Made by a program: the position numbers and the translations under genes. Positions 36,647 through 48,162 of a DNA stretch of 64,000 bases are shown one piece after another; within the stretch, counting starts at the first letter, position 1; each line of letters starts with the position of its first letter. Below the pieces are notes generated by a model. The model saw only the letters and a program-made list of their open reading frames with translations. It was not told the DNA's origin and ran no database searches. The stretch lies in the NCBI GenBank assembly GCA_963769025.1, contig CAVYKI010000006.1:96001-160000 (forward strand). Reading direction: 5' to 3'. This DNA comes from an uncultured Verrucomicrobiae bacterium. GTDB taxonomy: Bacteria > Verrucomicrobiota > Verrucomicrobiia > Chthoniobacterales > Chthoniobacteraceae.

Positions 36647-37378
36647 TCAGGCATTCATCGAGGCGAGCATCTCGCGCACGGCTGCGTCGAGCCCGGAGAA
36701 AATGGCGCGCGACACGATGCTGTGGCCGATGTTCAGCTCGACCAGATGCGGCACCGTACGAATGAGCGCGATGTTGGTGTAATTGATTCCGTGCCCGGCA
36801 TTCACCTGCAACCCGAGGCCGCGGGCAAAGACCGACGCCTCGTGAATTCGCGCGAGTTCCTCGCGCTGGGCGTTGCTGGTCGCGTTCGCAAATGCACCGG
36901 TGTGAAGCTCCACGATCTCCGCGCCGAGCTTGTGCGATACCTCGATCTGTTCGCGCGACGGCTCGATGAACATGCTCACGCGGATGCCCGCGGCCCGCAG
37001 CCGATCGACCGTGGGGCGAAGGGCGTCGAATTGCCCGGCGACATCCAGCCCTCCCTCGGTGGTCACCTCGCGGCGGTTCTCCGGCACCAGGCAGACTTCG
37101 GCGGGCTTCACGCGCAACGCGATTTCGAGAATCTCCGGCGTGTTGCCCATCTCGAGATTCATCTTCGTCGTGAGCTGATCGCGCAGGCGAAAAACATCCG
37201 CGTCCTGGATGTGCCGACGGTCGGCGCGCAGGTGGATGGTGATGCCGTGGGCGCCCGCCTTTTCGCAGACCGCTGCTGCGGCGAGCACGTCCGGCTCCGC
37301 ATTATGTGCATCGATGCCGCCGGCGTAGCGCGCCTGGCGCAGCGTGGCGACGTGGTCAATGTTGACGCCGAGTTTCAT
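36647..37378 (-). CDS. pdxJ: Pyridoxine 5'-phosphate synthase
   Basis: LGVNIDHVATLRQAR, HLRADRRHI, TTEGGLD, ELNIGHS. Confidence 0.97.
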   Translation of the reverse strand: MKLGVNIDHVATLRQARYAGGIDAHNAEPDVLAAAAVCEKAGAHGITIHLRADRRHIQDADVFRLRDQLTTKMNLEMGNTPEILEIALRVKPAEVCLVPENRREVTTEGGLDVAGQFDALRPTVDRLRAAGIRVSMFIEPSREQIEVSHKLGAEIVELHTGAFANATSNAQREELARIHEASVFARGLGLQVNAGHGINYTNIALIRTVPHLVELNIGHSIVSRAIFSGLDAAVREMLASMNA

Positions 37379-37393
37379 TCGCGGCGCGGTCGC

Positions 37394-38920
37394 TCAGTGC
37401 CTGAAATGCCGCACTCCCGTGCAAATCATCGCCATCTGGCGTTCGTTCGCGGCGGCGATCACCTCGGGATCCTTCACGGAGCCGCCGGGCTGGATCGCAC
37501 AGGTCGCGCCGGCCTCCGCCGCGGCGATGAGGCCATCGGGAAATGGGAAGAATGCATCGCTGCCCACAGCGCTGCCCGCGAGGCTGAGGCCCGCGTCCTT
37601 CGCCTTCCAGATCGCGATGCGGCTCGAATCCACGCGCGACATCTGGCCGGCGCCGATGCCGAGCGTGCGATCCTTCGCGGCGTACACGATCGCGTTGCTC
37701 TTCACGTGCTTCACGACTTTCCACGCAAAGAGCATCGCTGCCAGTTCGTCAGCGGTCGGTTTGCGCGCGGTCACCACCTTCGATTCGATGTCCGTCTCGG
37801 GCGACGAATCGCGGCCCTGCACCAGCACGCCGCCGACCACGCTGCGGATGAGGAGGTCGTCCTTCGTCTGCACCGGGCTGAGCATTCGCATCAGCCGCAG
37901 GTTCTTCTTCTTCTGCAGCAGCGCGCGCGCATCGGGCTCGAATTCCGGGGCGATGATCACCTCGCTGAAAATCTCGCTGATCGCGCGGGCGAGCGGCTCG
38001 GTGAGCGGGCGGTTGCAGATGATGATGCCGCCGAAGGGCGCCTGTTTGTCCGTCGCGAACGCCTTGTCCCACGCCTCGCGCAGATCCGCGTCGCTGCCCA
38101 CGCCGCACGGGTTGGTGTGCTTCAAAATGGCGACCGTCGGCTCGCTGAATTCCTCGATGAGCTCGGCGGCGGCAGTGATGTCCAGGATGTTGTTATACGA
38201 GAGATCCTTGCCGTGGAGCTTCTCGAAATGTTCGTTCCAGCGCCCGTAGAGCGCGGCGGTCTGGTGCGGGTTTTCGCCGTAGCGGAGTTGCGTAACGAGC
38301 GGCTCGCTGATGCTGAAGGACGAGGGGCACTCCTTCTCCTCGTTCAGGAAATTTGCGATCGCCCCGTCGTACTTCGAAGTGGTGACAAAGACCTTGATGC
38401 CGAGCCGCTCGCGGAGTTGCAGCGTCGTCTCGCCGTCGTTCGCCTTCATCGCATCGATCACGTCCGTGTAGTCCGCCGGGTCCACGACCACCGTCACGCT
38501 CCGGTAGTTCTTCGCCGCGCTGCGGAGCATCGACGGGCCGCCGATGTCGATCTGCTCGATGGCCTCCTCCAGCGTCACGCCTTCCTTCGCGACCGTGGCT
38601 TCAAACGGATACAGGTTCACGACCACGAGATCGATTGGCTCGATGCCGTGCTCCTTGGCCTGCGCCACGTGTTCTGCATTGTCGCGGAGATGCAGCAGTC
38701 CGCCGTGGACCTTCGGGTGCAGCGTCTTCACGCGTCCGTCCATCATCTCGGGAAAGCCCGTGTATTGTGAAATTTCGATCACCGGGATTTTCTCCGCCTG
38801 CAGAAGCTTTGCCGTGCCGCCGGTGGAGATGATTTCGACTCCCATCGCGGAGAGTTCCTGTGCAAAGGCGACTAGGCCGGTCTTGTCCGAAACGGAGATG
38901 AGCGCGCGGGTGATTTTCAT
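37394..38920 (-). CDS. purH: Bifunctional AICAR transformylase/IMP cyclohydrolase
   Basis: [37 protein letters not shown]. Confidence 0.98.
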   Translation of the reverse strand: MKITRALISVSDKTGLVAFAQELSAMGVEIISTGGTAKLLQAEKIPVIEISQYTGFPEMMDGRVKTLHPKVHGGLLHLRDNAEHVAQAKEHGIEPIDLVVVNLYPFEATVAKEGVTLEEAIEQIDIGGPSMLRSAAKNYRSVTVVVDPADYTDVIDAMKANDGETTLQLRERLGIKVFVTTSKYDGAIANFLNEEKECPSSFSISEPLVTQLRYGENPHQTAALYGRWNEHFEKLHGKDLSYNNILDITAAAELIEEFSEPTVAILKHTNPCGVGSDADLREAWDKAFATDKQAPFGGIIICNRPLTEPLARAISEIFSEVIIAPEFEPDARALLQKKKNLRLMRMLSPVQTKDDLLIRSVVGGVLVQGRDSSPETDIESKVVTARKPTADELAAMLFAWKVVKHVKSNAIVYAAKDRTLGIGAGQMSRVDSSRIAIWKAKDAGLSLAGSAVGSDAFFPFPDGLIAAAEAGATCAIQPGGSVKDPEVIAAANERQMAMICTGVRHFRH

Positions 38921-39067
38921 CGAAGGGCGCGGAGGCTATCAGCGACGGCGGGTGGGTCAAGTGGCGCGCTGGAAATGGATGCCGGCCTTTGCGCGCACTC
39001 GCGTTGCGTCACGCGTCCTAAGCTGCGCGACTGGTGCGGATACCCTCGGCAGGAACCTTCCCGCCCG

Positions 39068-40237
39068 ATGAACATCCCTCGCATGACCCGCCGTCACTTT
39101 GCAAAAGGTGGAACCCTTTTGTCCCTCTCCATGCTCGCAGGCATCCGCTCGCGCGCCGAAGCGCCGCCGCGGATTCGCGTGCTCGACAGGCGCGTCATCA
39201 GCCAGCAGCCGGAGCATTACTGCGGGTGGCCGACGGTGGCGTTACGCGCGAATGGTGAACTGTGGGTGACGTGGTCCGGCGGGCGCGAGGCGCACGTGTG
39301 CCCGTTCGGGCAGGTGCATGCGATGACTTCGCGCGACAGGGGAGAGACGTGGACGTGGCCGCGCGTGCTGCATGATTCTGCGATCGACGATCGCGACAGC
39401 GGGTGCATCGAGACGGCGAAGGGCACGCTGCTTGTCACGACGTTTTCGTCGCTCGCGTACGAGGACATTTTGGCAAAGGCAGAGAAGGAGGGAAAGTGGG
39501 ACGGGGCGAAGCTCGCACGATGGAAGGCCGCACACGACGGCCTGAACGCGGACGAGCGGAAGTCGGAGCTCGGTGCATGGCTCCTGCGCTCGACTGACGG
39601 CGGCCTGTCGTGGTCGGCTCGCATCGATACGATCGTGAACAGTCCGCACGGGCCCATTCAGCTCAAGGACGGTCGCCTGCTTTACGCGGGGAAACGGCTG
39701 TGGGATAATACGAGGGCAATCGGCGTGTGCGAATCAAAGGACGACGGGCAGACGTGGCAGTGGCTCGCGGACATCCCGACCCGCGCCGGCGACCTGGTGG
39801 TACGCGGATACCACGAGCTTCACGCCGTCGAGGCGCAGGACGGGACGCTGATCGCGCAGATTCGGAATCACAACACGGCAAACGCCGGCGAGACCTTGCA
39901 GAGCGAGTCGCGCGACGGCGGAAAGACGTGGAGCGAGCCGCGCAGCATCGGCGTGTGGGGATTGCCTTCGCATCTGCTCCGCCTGCGCGATGGGCGGCTG
40001 TTGATGACTTACGGGCATCGCCGCGCGCCGTTCGGGAATCAGGCTCGCATCAGCGCGGACAACGGAAGGTCGTGGAGCGAGGCGAGGGTCCTCTCGGACG
40101 ATGGCGTGGGTGGCGATCTGGGTTACCCGAGCACGGTGCAGTTTGACGACGGCACGCTGCTCACCGTCTGGTACGAGAGCATGAAGCAGCACCCGAAGGC
40201 CGTCTTGCGGCAGGCGAGGTGGAAACTGGAGTCATAG
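39068..40237 (+). CDS. Tat-exported sialidase/BNR-repeat beta-propeller protein
   Basis: TRRHF signal and several Asp-boxes (SRDRGETW, STDGGLSW, SKDDGQTW, SRDGGKTW, SADNGRSW). Confidence 0.88.
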   Translation: MNIPRMTRRHFAKGGTLLSLSMLAGIRSRAEAPPRIRVLDRRVISQQPEHYCGWPTVALRANGELWVTWSGGREAHVCPFGQVHAMTSRDRGETWTWPRVLHDSAIDDRDSGCIETAKGTLLVTTFSSLAYEDILAKAEKEGKWDGAKLARWKAAHDGLNADERKSELGAWLLRSTDGGLSWSARIDTIVNSPHGPIQLKDGRLLYAGKRLWDNTRAIGVCESKDDGQTWQWLADIPTRAGDLVVRGYHELHAVEAQDGTLIAQIRNHNTANAGETLQSESRDGGKTWSEPRSIGVWGLPSHLLRLRDGRLLMTYGHRRAPFGNQARISADNGRSWSEARVLSDDGVGGDLGYPSTVQFDDGTLLTVWYESMKQHPKAVLRQARWKLES

Positions 40238-40238
40238 C

Positions 40239-40922
40239 CTAAGCCTCGAACTTGTAGCCGAATTCCCGCACCGTGCGGATGTGTCGCGGCTTGGCGGGAT
40301 CCTTTTCGATTTTGTTTCGCAGGGCGTTCACGAAGCGGTCGATCGAGCGCGGCGTGACCGCGGCGTCGTAGCCCCAGACGGTGTTCATGATGAGGTCGCG
40401 GCTGAGCGCCTGGCCGGGGCGGCTGGCGAGGAAGCGCAGCAGTTCGAATTCCTTGGGCGAGAGCGGATGCTCCTTGCCCGAGCGCGTGAAGGTGCGCGCC
40501 TCGCAGTCGAGCTTGCACTCGCCGAACTTGTAGATTTCCGACCCGCTCTGCTTGTGCCGGCGGAGGAGGACCTCGGCGCGGGCGAGGAGTTCTTTGATGG
40601 AAAAGGGCTTCGTCACGTAGTCGTCTGCGCCGAGCTTCAGGCCGAGGACGATGTCGCTTTCATGACCTTTCGCAGTGAGCATGAGGATGGGCATCGTCAG
40701 CTTTTCCGAGCGGATGAAGCGGCAGACTTCGTAGCCGTTCACCTTCGGGAGCATCACGTCGAGGAGGATGAGGTCCGGCTTTCCGGCGAGCGCGGCCTTG
40801 ATGCCCGCGTCGCCGTCCGTCGCGGTGAGGACCTTGTAGCCCTCGAATTCAAAATTGTCCTTCAGCCCGCGGAGCATCGCGGGGTCGTCTTCGACGATGA
40901 GGACGGTCGTGGTCGTATTCAC
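40239..40922 (-). CDS. OmpR-family response regulator
   Basis: VEDD, LLDVMLP, GADDYVTKPF, winged-helix C-terminus. Confidence 0.95.
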   Translation of the reverse strand: MNTTTTVLIVEDDPAMLRGLKDNFEFEGYKVLTATDGDAGIKAALAGKPDLILLDVMLPKVNGYEVCRFIRSEKLTMPILMLTAKGHESDIVLGLKLGADDYVTKPFSIKELLARAEVLLRRHKQSGSEIYKFGECKLDCEARTFTRSGKEHPLSPKEFELLRFLASRPGQALSRDLIMNTVWGYDAAVTPRSIDRFVNALRNKIEKDPAKPRHIRTVREFGYKFEA

Positions 40923-42124
40923 GCCAGGGGGATTTTCACGGTGAATACGCTGCCTTTTCCCAGCTCACCTGCAACGGTGATTTCGCCCCCGTGCGCCTTC
41001 ACGATCCGGCGCACGATGGCGAGGCCGAGCCCGGCGCCTTCGCGGGTGCGCGAGAGCCGCTGGTCCACTTGGTGAAATGGTTCGAAGATCTCGCGGCGCT
41101 GATCGGGCGCGATGCCGATGCCGTTGTCCTCAACGACAAACGCGAGCATCCCGCCTTCCGCTGTTGCGCGAACGGTGATCCGCTTTTCATCGCCCGTGTA
41201 CTTCAGCGCGTTGTCGATGAGGTTTGAGAGCACCTGCGCGAGCGCCTCGCGGTCGGCGTGGATATCGGGGAGGGATTCGGGCACATCGAGTGCAAACGAA
41301 CACGCCGGCGCCTTGATGCGCTCCGCGAACGGTGCCGCTGCGAGGGTGGCGACCGTGTGCGGCGCGACGGGTGCGAGATCCAGCGCCGGAGTGCCGCGGT
41401 CGAGCCGGGAAAAGGCGAGGAAATTTTCCGCGATGCGCCGCAGCCTGTCGTTCTCGCCGGCGATCAGTTCGAGGTATTCCCGGAGTTGCTGTCCGTTGCG
41501 GTATCGGCCCTCCCGCAACGTGTCCACGAACATGCGCAGCGATGCGATGGGGGTGCGCAGCTCGTGCGCGACGATGGCGACGGACGTGCTCTTGAGCTCC
41601 TGCAGGGTGATCTGCCTGCTCACGGCCCTCGCTGCCGTCGCTGCGATCGCGAGCACAAGCAGCGTCGTGAGCACGCCGGTCGCGATGTAGATGCGCTGCT
41701 GGGCGGCGACCGCTTCCTCGATCAAGTCCTGGCTGGCGAGGAAAAGCTGCACGCGGCCTTCCAGCCCGGCGGGGGTGCGTTCCTGTGCGAGCGGCTGGCC
41801 CTTGGGGGACTCCTCCCCGGCGAGCGTGCGGCCCGCAGGATCCACGATGCGGATGCTCACGGATGGCTCCGCAAACTCCCGGATGTGTGCGCGGAGCCGT
41901 GTCGCGCGTTCGGCGGGCGGGCCTTCCAGCGGCGGGGCGGAACGCAGCGCGCTGGCGAGCAGTTCCGTCTGGAATTGCTGGATGCGTGCGAATGCGTCCG
42001 TGCGCTCGCCCTTGAGCGCGGCCGACATGAAGCTCACCATGAGCGCGGTCGGGATCAGCGGGACGAGCACGAGGAGGAGGAGCAGCGCGCGGAGTTGCTT
42101 GGGTCGGATCTCGTGCGCGGTCAT
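40919..42124 (-). CDS. Sensor histidine kinase
   Basis: Two TM helices, AHELRTP, NLIDNALKY, DNGIG, GAGLGL. Confidence 0.95.
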   Translation of the reverse strand: MTAHEIRPKQLRALLLLLVLVPLIPTALMVSFMSAALKGERTDAFARIQQFQTELLASALRSAPPLEGPPAERATRLRAHIREFAEPSVSIRIVDPAGRTLAGEESPKGQPLAQERTPAGLEGRVQLFLASQDLIEEAVAAQQRIYIATGVLTTLLVLAIAATAARAVSRQITLQELKSTSVAIVAHELRTPIASLRMFVDTLREGRYRNGQQLREYLELIAGENDRLRRIAENFLAFSRLDRGTPALDLAPVAPHTVATLAAAPFAERIKAPACSFALDVPESLPDIHADREALAQVLSNLIDNALKYTGDEKRITVRATAEGGMLAFVVEDNGIGIAPDQRREIFEPFHQVDQRLSRTREGAGLGLAIVRRIVKAHGGEITVAGELGKGSVFTVKIPLA

Positions 42125-42189
42125 GGAAAAGGCTTCATACGCGGCCCGGCGGAGAAATGCCACCCCGCTTCCCGCTGCTCCTTCCGCTT

Positions 42190-42224
42190 AAAAAGAAGCA
42201 GGCTCCCATCGCTGGGAGCCTGCT
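42190..42224 (-). terminator. Rho-independent terminator downstream of the pilin-like gene
   Basis: Perfect 12-bp stem agcaggctccca/tgggagcctgct with a 4-nt loop, followed on the minus strand by a U-rich tract. Confidence 0.75.
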
Positions 42225-42302
42225 GTGATTTTGTAACTCTATGCGTGCGCGATTCCGTCATCCCGGAAGGCCGGGACCTCGTTTGCGCGCAACGGATCCC
42301 GC

Positions 42303-43022
42303 CTAGCTGCCGGGCTCGGGTGCCAGGATCTTCGCGTCGGTTCCGAGCCATTCATCCGTGGCGGTGAGGATGTTGGCTCCACTGAGCGGGCCTTTCACGA
42401 ATGTCGCGGTTGCCGAGGTGGTGTCCATTTCCTTGCCGCTGACCGGGCGCGCGCTTCCGTCGCAGAAGCCGATGACCGCGTCCGTTCCACCCCAGACTCC
42501 GCCTTTGCTGCTCGTGGCGGAAGTATAGGTGAGGTCGGCCGCGGACTTGGTCGCGGTCGCCACCAAAGGCCAGCGCGGATCGCTCGTCTCCGAAAGTCCG
42601 AGGATGTAGAGCCAGTCGTTTTGGCCCTTCTTGAGAAGTTTCGCATCGGCTGCCGTGGTGTCATTTTCAGGGACCTTGCAGTAGGCGGAGAGCTTGTTCA
42701 GGAAGACCTTCTTGTTCTGCGCGTAGGGCATGATGTTTTCGAACGCCTTGTTGGAGAAGTCACCCTCCGCAAGCGCTGTTCCGGGCGTCCCGGCTGCATC
42801 GACGGTCGTCGTCGGGAAGTTGCCGTCGTTCGCGCCGGAATACATCCGAAGCGAGGTGACGATCTGCTTGCAGTTGCTGACCGATTCCGTGATGCGGCCT
42901 TTCTTCATCGCGCTGGTGAAGACGGGCATCGCGAGGCCTGCCAGGATGGCGATGATGGAAATGACGACGAGCAGCTCGATGAGCGTGAAGCCGCTCCGAT
43001 GGGAGGGACGGGGAGTTTTCAT
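42303..43022 (-). CDS. Prepilin-type N-terminal cleavage/methylation protein
   Basis: SGFTLIELLVVISIIAILAGLAMP, SNCKQI, and C-terminal GGVWGGTDAVIGFCDGS. Confidence 0.9.
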   Translation of the reverse strand: MKTPRPSHRSGFTLIELLVVISIIAILAGLAMPVFTSAMKKGRITESVSNCKQIVTSLRMYSGANDGNFPTTTVDAAGTPGTALAEGDFSNKAFENIMPYAQNKKVFLNKLSAYCKVPENDTTAADAKLLKKGQNDWLYILGLSETSDPRWPLVATATKSAADLTYTSATSSKGGVWGGTDAVIGFCDGSARPVSGKEMDTTSATATFVKGPLSGANILTATDEWLGTDAKILAPEPGS

Positions 43023-43216
43023 TGGTATTTTTGGTTTTGGGTTGTCGCCGGTGCCCGCGGGATTGCGTTTACCTGCGAGCGAAGTGGAGCGGATGCATGT
43101 TACCGAAATGTTACGGCAACGTTCGCTGTTGGTGATTTGTAGCGCACCCGGAACCGCCTTGCTCCGGCCCAAAGCAGCGCCTTGCACTTTGCGGAATTTC
43201 CGCGCTCCATGTCGCC

Positions 43217-44339
43217 ATGATGCGCATCTCCACCTTTCTCACAGGCATTCTCACCTTCACGGCGGCCATCGCCCTTCATGCAGACGATGAAATCCCCGTC
43301 GGCGAGTTCGCCTCGCTCACGGGCGGCAGCGCGAGCTTCGGCCAGTCGTCGCACAAGGGGACGCAGCTCGCGATCGACGAACTCAACGCGGCGGGCGGCG
43401 TGCTCGGCAAAAAGCTGAAGCTCATCGCCGAGGACGACCAGTCGCTCGCTGGCCAGCCGGCGACCATCATGCGGAAGCTGATTTCGCAGGACAAAGTGGT
43501 GGCCGTGCTCGGCGAGGTCGCGTCCTCGAAATCGCTCGAAGCCGCGCCGATCTGCCAGCAGAACAAGGTGCCGATGATTTCCCCCGCCTCGACGAACCCG
43601 AAGGTGACCGAGGTCGGCGACTACATTTTCCGCATCTGCTTCATCGATCCTTTCCAAGGCACGGTGATGGCGAAGTTCGCGCTCGGGAAAGGATACAAGA
43701 ACGTCGCCGTGCTCACCGACGTGAAGCAGGACTACGCGGTCGGCCTCGCGGAGTTTTTCACGAAGCACTTCACGGCCAGCGGCGGCACGATCACGAAGGA
43801 GCAGAAGTACTCGACCGGCGACAAGGATTTCAAGGGACAGCTCACCTCGCTCAAGGCCGGCGAAGCCGGACGCGATCTTCGTCCCCGGCTACTACGGCGA
43901 GGTCGCGCTCATCGCGCGGCAGGCGAAGCAGCTCGGCATCAAGGTGCCGCTGCTCGGCGGCGACGGCTGGGTCGGTGATTCGCTGCTGAAGGTCGCGGGC
44001 AACACGCTCGACGGCTCGTTCTTCTCCTCGCACTTCTCCGCCGAGGACAAGACGCCCGCGGTGCAGGAATTCGTGAAGAAGTACCAGGCGAAATACGGCA
44101 CGGTGCCGGACGACATGGCTGCGCTCGGTTACGACAGCGCGATGATCCTCGCCGACGCGATCAAGCGTGCGGGCAGCACCGATGGACCGAAGCTGCGCGA
44201 CGCCATCGCCGCCACGAAGGAATTCAAGGGCATCACCGGCATGATCACGATCGATGAGAAGCGGAACGCGTCCAAGTCCGCCGTCATCATGACGATCGAA
44301 AACGGCGCGATGAAGTTCCTCGAGACGGTCGCGCCGTAG
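43217..44339 (+). CDS. Branched-chain amino acid ABC transporter substrate-binding protein, one frameshift near 43860
   Basis: Signal peptide, SLTGGSASFG, ELNAAGGVLGK, FRICFIDPFQG, ALGYD; first gene of a liv-like operon. Confidence 0.92.
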
Positions 44340-44386
44340 TCTGCGATTGCCATTCGCGCGCCGGTCGGATTGTTTCGCGGGCCAAC

Positions 44387-45325
44387 GTGAGCGAACAAGC
44401 GATTGAGTTCATCCAGCAGCTGATCAACGGGCTTTCGCTCGGAGCGATCTACGCTCTCATCGCGCTCGGCTACACGATGGTGTTCGGCGTGCTGCGGTTC
44501 ATCAATTTCGCCCACGGTGACATCTTCATGCTCGGGGCGTTTGCGGGCTTTTACGTGGGGCCGCGGGTGATGTCGTTTTTTGGAGACAAGCCGAGCTACG
44601 GTGGCGCCGCCATCGTGCTGCTCGCCGCGATGCTGATCTGTGCCGCGCTCGGCATCATCATCGAGAAGCTTTGCTACAAGCCTCTGCGCGAGCGCCCGAA
44701 GATCACCGTGCTCATCACCGCCATCGGCGTGTCGCTGTTCCTGGAGAGCTTCGGGCAGTACATCTTCGGCGCGAGCCCGAAGGCATTTCCGACGCTCATC
44801 GAGGACATCGCGATCGAGCTGCCGGAGTCGTGGGGCAGCCTCACGGCCCTGACGGTGACGACCGGGCAGGTCATCGTCTTTGGCACCACGTTCGCGCTGA
44901 TGCTGGTACTCACGATCATCGTCCTGAAAACGAAGATCGGCACGGCGATGCGCGCCCTCGCGTACAATCCCACGGCCTGCGCGCTCATGGGCGTGAACAA
45001 CAGTTTTGTGATCTCGTTCACATTTGGGCTCGGCTCGGCGCTCGCGGGAGCGGCGGGCATCCTTACCAGCATCCAGCAGCCGAGCATCGATCCGCTCATG
45101 GGACTGCTGCCCGGCCTGAAGGCGTTCGTCGCCGCGGTGCTCGGCGGCATCGGAAATCTCGGCGGCGCGGTGCTCGGCGGCATCCTCATCGGCGTCGTGG
45201 AGACGCTCGTCGTCGGCTATGTTTCGCCGACGTATCGCGATGCGGTTGCATTTGCCGTGCTCATCCTCATCCTCCTGCTGCGGCCGGTCGGGCTGCTCGG
45301 GAAAAACGTGCGGGAGAAAGTGTAG
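44387..45325 (+). CDS. livH: Branched-chain amino acid ABC permease
   Basis: NGLSLGAIYALIALGYTMVFG...INFAHG; KAFVAAVLGGIG. Confidence 0.92.
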   Translation: MSEQAIEFIQQLINGLSLGAIYALIALGYTMVFGVLRFINFAHGDIFMLGAFAGFYVGPRVMSFFGDKPSYGGAAIVLLAAMLICAALGIIIEKLCYKPLRERPKITVLITAIGVSLFLESFGQYIFGASPKAFPTLIEDIAIELPESWGSLTALTVTTGQVIVFGTTFALMLVLTIIVLKTKIGTAMRALAYNPTACALMGVNNSFVISFTFGLGSALAGAAGILTSIQQPSIDPLMGLLPGLKAFVAAVLGGIGNLGGAVLGGILIGVVETLVVGYVSPTYRDAVAFAVLILILLLRPVGLLGKNVREKV

Positions 45326-45327
45326 CC

Positions 45328-46521
45328 ATGTTTGAGCGCACCAAAATTTCGCTGGTCCTCACGCTGATCCTTTTCGGCGTCGCCTCATGGGCGCTCGGGC
45401 ATTACAAGGTGCCGGACGACTCGGGGAACATGGTGACGCTGATCGAGGCCTACGCGTACTACTACGACATCCTCATCGGCATCGGCATCGCGATCGTGCT
45501 CGCGGCGAGCCTGAACCTCGTGAACGGCCACACCGGGCAGTTTTCGCTGGGGCACGCGGGCTTCATGGGGATTGGCGCATACTTCGCGAGCATGGTCACG
45601 CTCGGCATCCAGATTCCGCTTGTGCCGTATCCGGAGTTTGCCGGAGCCACTGCGTGGATGGCGGCATTGAAAGGGATCGGGTGGGTGCTTTCGCTCGCGG
45701 TGAATTCCGTGCTCAGCCTGCTGAATGCCTGGGTCGGCGCCGCGAACCAGTTGCCGCACCCGGTGCAATTTGTCGCCGCGCTGCTCGTCGGCGGCCTCGC
45801 TGCGGCGGTCGCGGGGCTGCTCGTGGGCGTGCCGTCGCTGCGGCTGAAGGGCGATTACCTCGCCATCGTCACGCTTGGCTTCAACGAAATCATCCGCGTG
45901 GTCATTCAAAATGCCGAACCGCTCGGCGCCCAGCGCGGCCTCGGCGGAATGACGCTGACCACGAACTTATTTTGGACGTTCAGCACCGCGGCGCTGACGA
46001 TCTACGTCGTGTGGAATCTCGTGCACTCGACCTACGGCCGGGGATTCATCGCCGTGCGCGATGACGAGATCGCCGCGGAGGCGATGGGCATCAATACGAC
46101 CAAATACAAGGTGCTCGCATTCGTGACCGCCGCATTTTTCGCGGGCCTCGCCGGCGGTCTCTACGCGCACTTCAAGCAGTTCATCACGCCGGACGGCTTC
46201 GGATTCATGAAGTCGGTGGACATCGTGGTGATGGTGATCCTCGGCGGCATGGGCAGCACCGTCGGCGTCTGCATCGCGGCCGCCTTGCTGACGATTCTGC
46301 CGGAAGCGCTGCGCTTCTTCGCGCAGTCGGAGGCGCTGGAGAAAATGACGCATTTCTTCACGGGCGGAATGTCCCCCGAAAGTCAGGCAAAGGCCTTGGA
46401 GCGCGTGCAGGACCTTTTTGCGAACCGCATGATCTTCTACTCGCTCCTGCTGATCATGATCATGCTGCTGCGACCGCAGGGCCTGTTCGCCGGATGGGGC
46501 AGAAAGGCGGTGCGCAAATGA
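45328..46521 (+). CDS. livM: Branched-chain amino acid ABC permease
   Basis: GHTGQFSLGHAGF, RLKGDYLAIVTLGF, AVRDDEIAAEAMGIN. Confidence 0.92.
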   Translation: MFERTKISLVLTLILFGVASWALGHYKVPDDSGNMVTLIEAYAYYYDILIGIGIAIVLAASLNLVNGHTGQFSLGHAGFMGIGAYFASMVTLGIQIPLVPYPEFAGATAWMAALKGIGWVLSLAVNSVLSLLNAWVGAANQLPHPVQFVAALLVGGLAAAVAGLLVGVPSLRLKGDYLAIVTLGFNEIIRVVIQNAEPLGAQRGLGGMTLTTNLFWTFSTAALTIYVVWNLVHSTYGRGFIAVRDDEIAAEAMGINTTKYKVLAFVTAAFFAGLAGGLYAHFKQFITPDGFGFMKSVDIVVMVILGGMGSTVGVCIAAALLTILPEALRFFAQSEALEKMTHFFTGGMSPESQAKALERVQDLFANRMIFYSLLLIMIMLLRPQGLFAGWGRKAVRK

Positions 46522-47286
46522 AACCGCTCCTGCTGCTCGACAACGTGACCGTGCAATTCGGCGGTCTGAAGGCGGTCTCCGACGTGAGTTTCCACGTCTG
46601 CGAACGCGAGCTTTTCGGCCTCATCGGACCGAATGGCGCGGGGAAGACGACGATCTTCAACGCGGTCACCGGCGTCTATCAGCCGACCGGGGGGAGGATC
46701 ACGTTCGACGGCCGGGAGGTCGCCGGACGGCAGCCTTATGCGATCACGAAGCGTGGCATCGCACGGACTTTTCAAAACATCCGGCTCTTCGGCTCGATGA
46801 CCGTCTTCGACAATGTGCGGTGCGCCTGCAACATGCACCTCAACCACGGCATCTCGCATGCGCTGTGGCGCGGGAAAAAAGTCGCCGCGGAGGAGAAGGA
46901 CATCGAGGGACGCGTGATGGAACTGCTCGGCATTTTCGGTCTCGCGGCGCAGTACGAGTGGCCGTGCCGGAGCCTGCCGTACGGCGACCAGCGCCGGCTC
47001 GAAATCGTCCGCGCGCTCGCGACCCGCCCGAAGCTGCTGCTGCTCGACGAACCGGCCGCCGGCATGAACCCGGTGGAGAAGGTCGAGCTGATGAAGCTGA
47101 TCCGCTTTGTGCAGGAGAAATTCGGCCTCGCGGTGCTGCTGGTGGAGCACGACATGAAGGTCGTCATGGGCATCTGCGAACGCATCGCGGTGCTCGATTA
47201 CGGGGAGAAAATCGGCGAGGGCACGCCCGCGGAAATCCAGAAGAACCCGAAGGTCATCGCCGCGTATCTCGGACAGGAGGCGGAGC

Positions 47287-47294
<8 letters not shown>
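46518..47294 (+). CDS. livG: Branched-chain amino acid ABC ATPase
   Basis: FGGLKAV, GPNGAGKTT, LPYGDQRRLEI, LDEPAAG. Confidence 0.93.
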
Positions 47295-47994
<700 letters not shown>

Positions 47995-48042
47995 GGTTTC
48001 GGAATTCCGCTGCGGCGTGCCCGGGAGTTACGGAAAATTTCG

Positions 48043-48070
48043 TTGACGGTCCGTGACGGCACTCTAGTTT
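48043..48070 (+). promoter_or_regulatory. Possible sigma70-type promoter for the ndk-aminotransferase genes
   Basis: TTGACG-N16-TAGTTT, about 90 bp upstream of ATG 48163. Confidence 0.35.
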
Positions 48071-48162
48071 CGCCGCCCCGCAAGCTGAACCAAATTACCG
48101 AACACACGCAGCCTACGTTGAATGCTGAGCGATTTCAGCGGGCAACGTGGGCTTTTTAGTCC

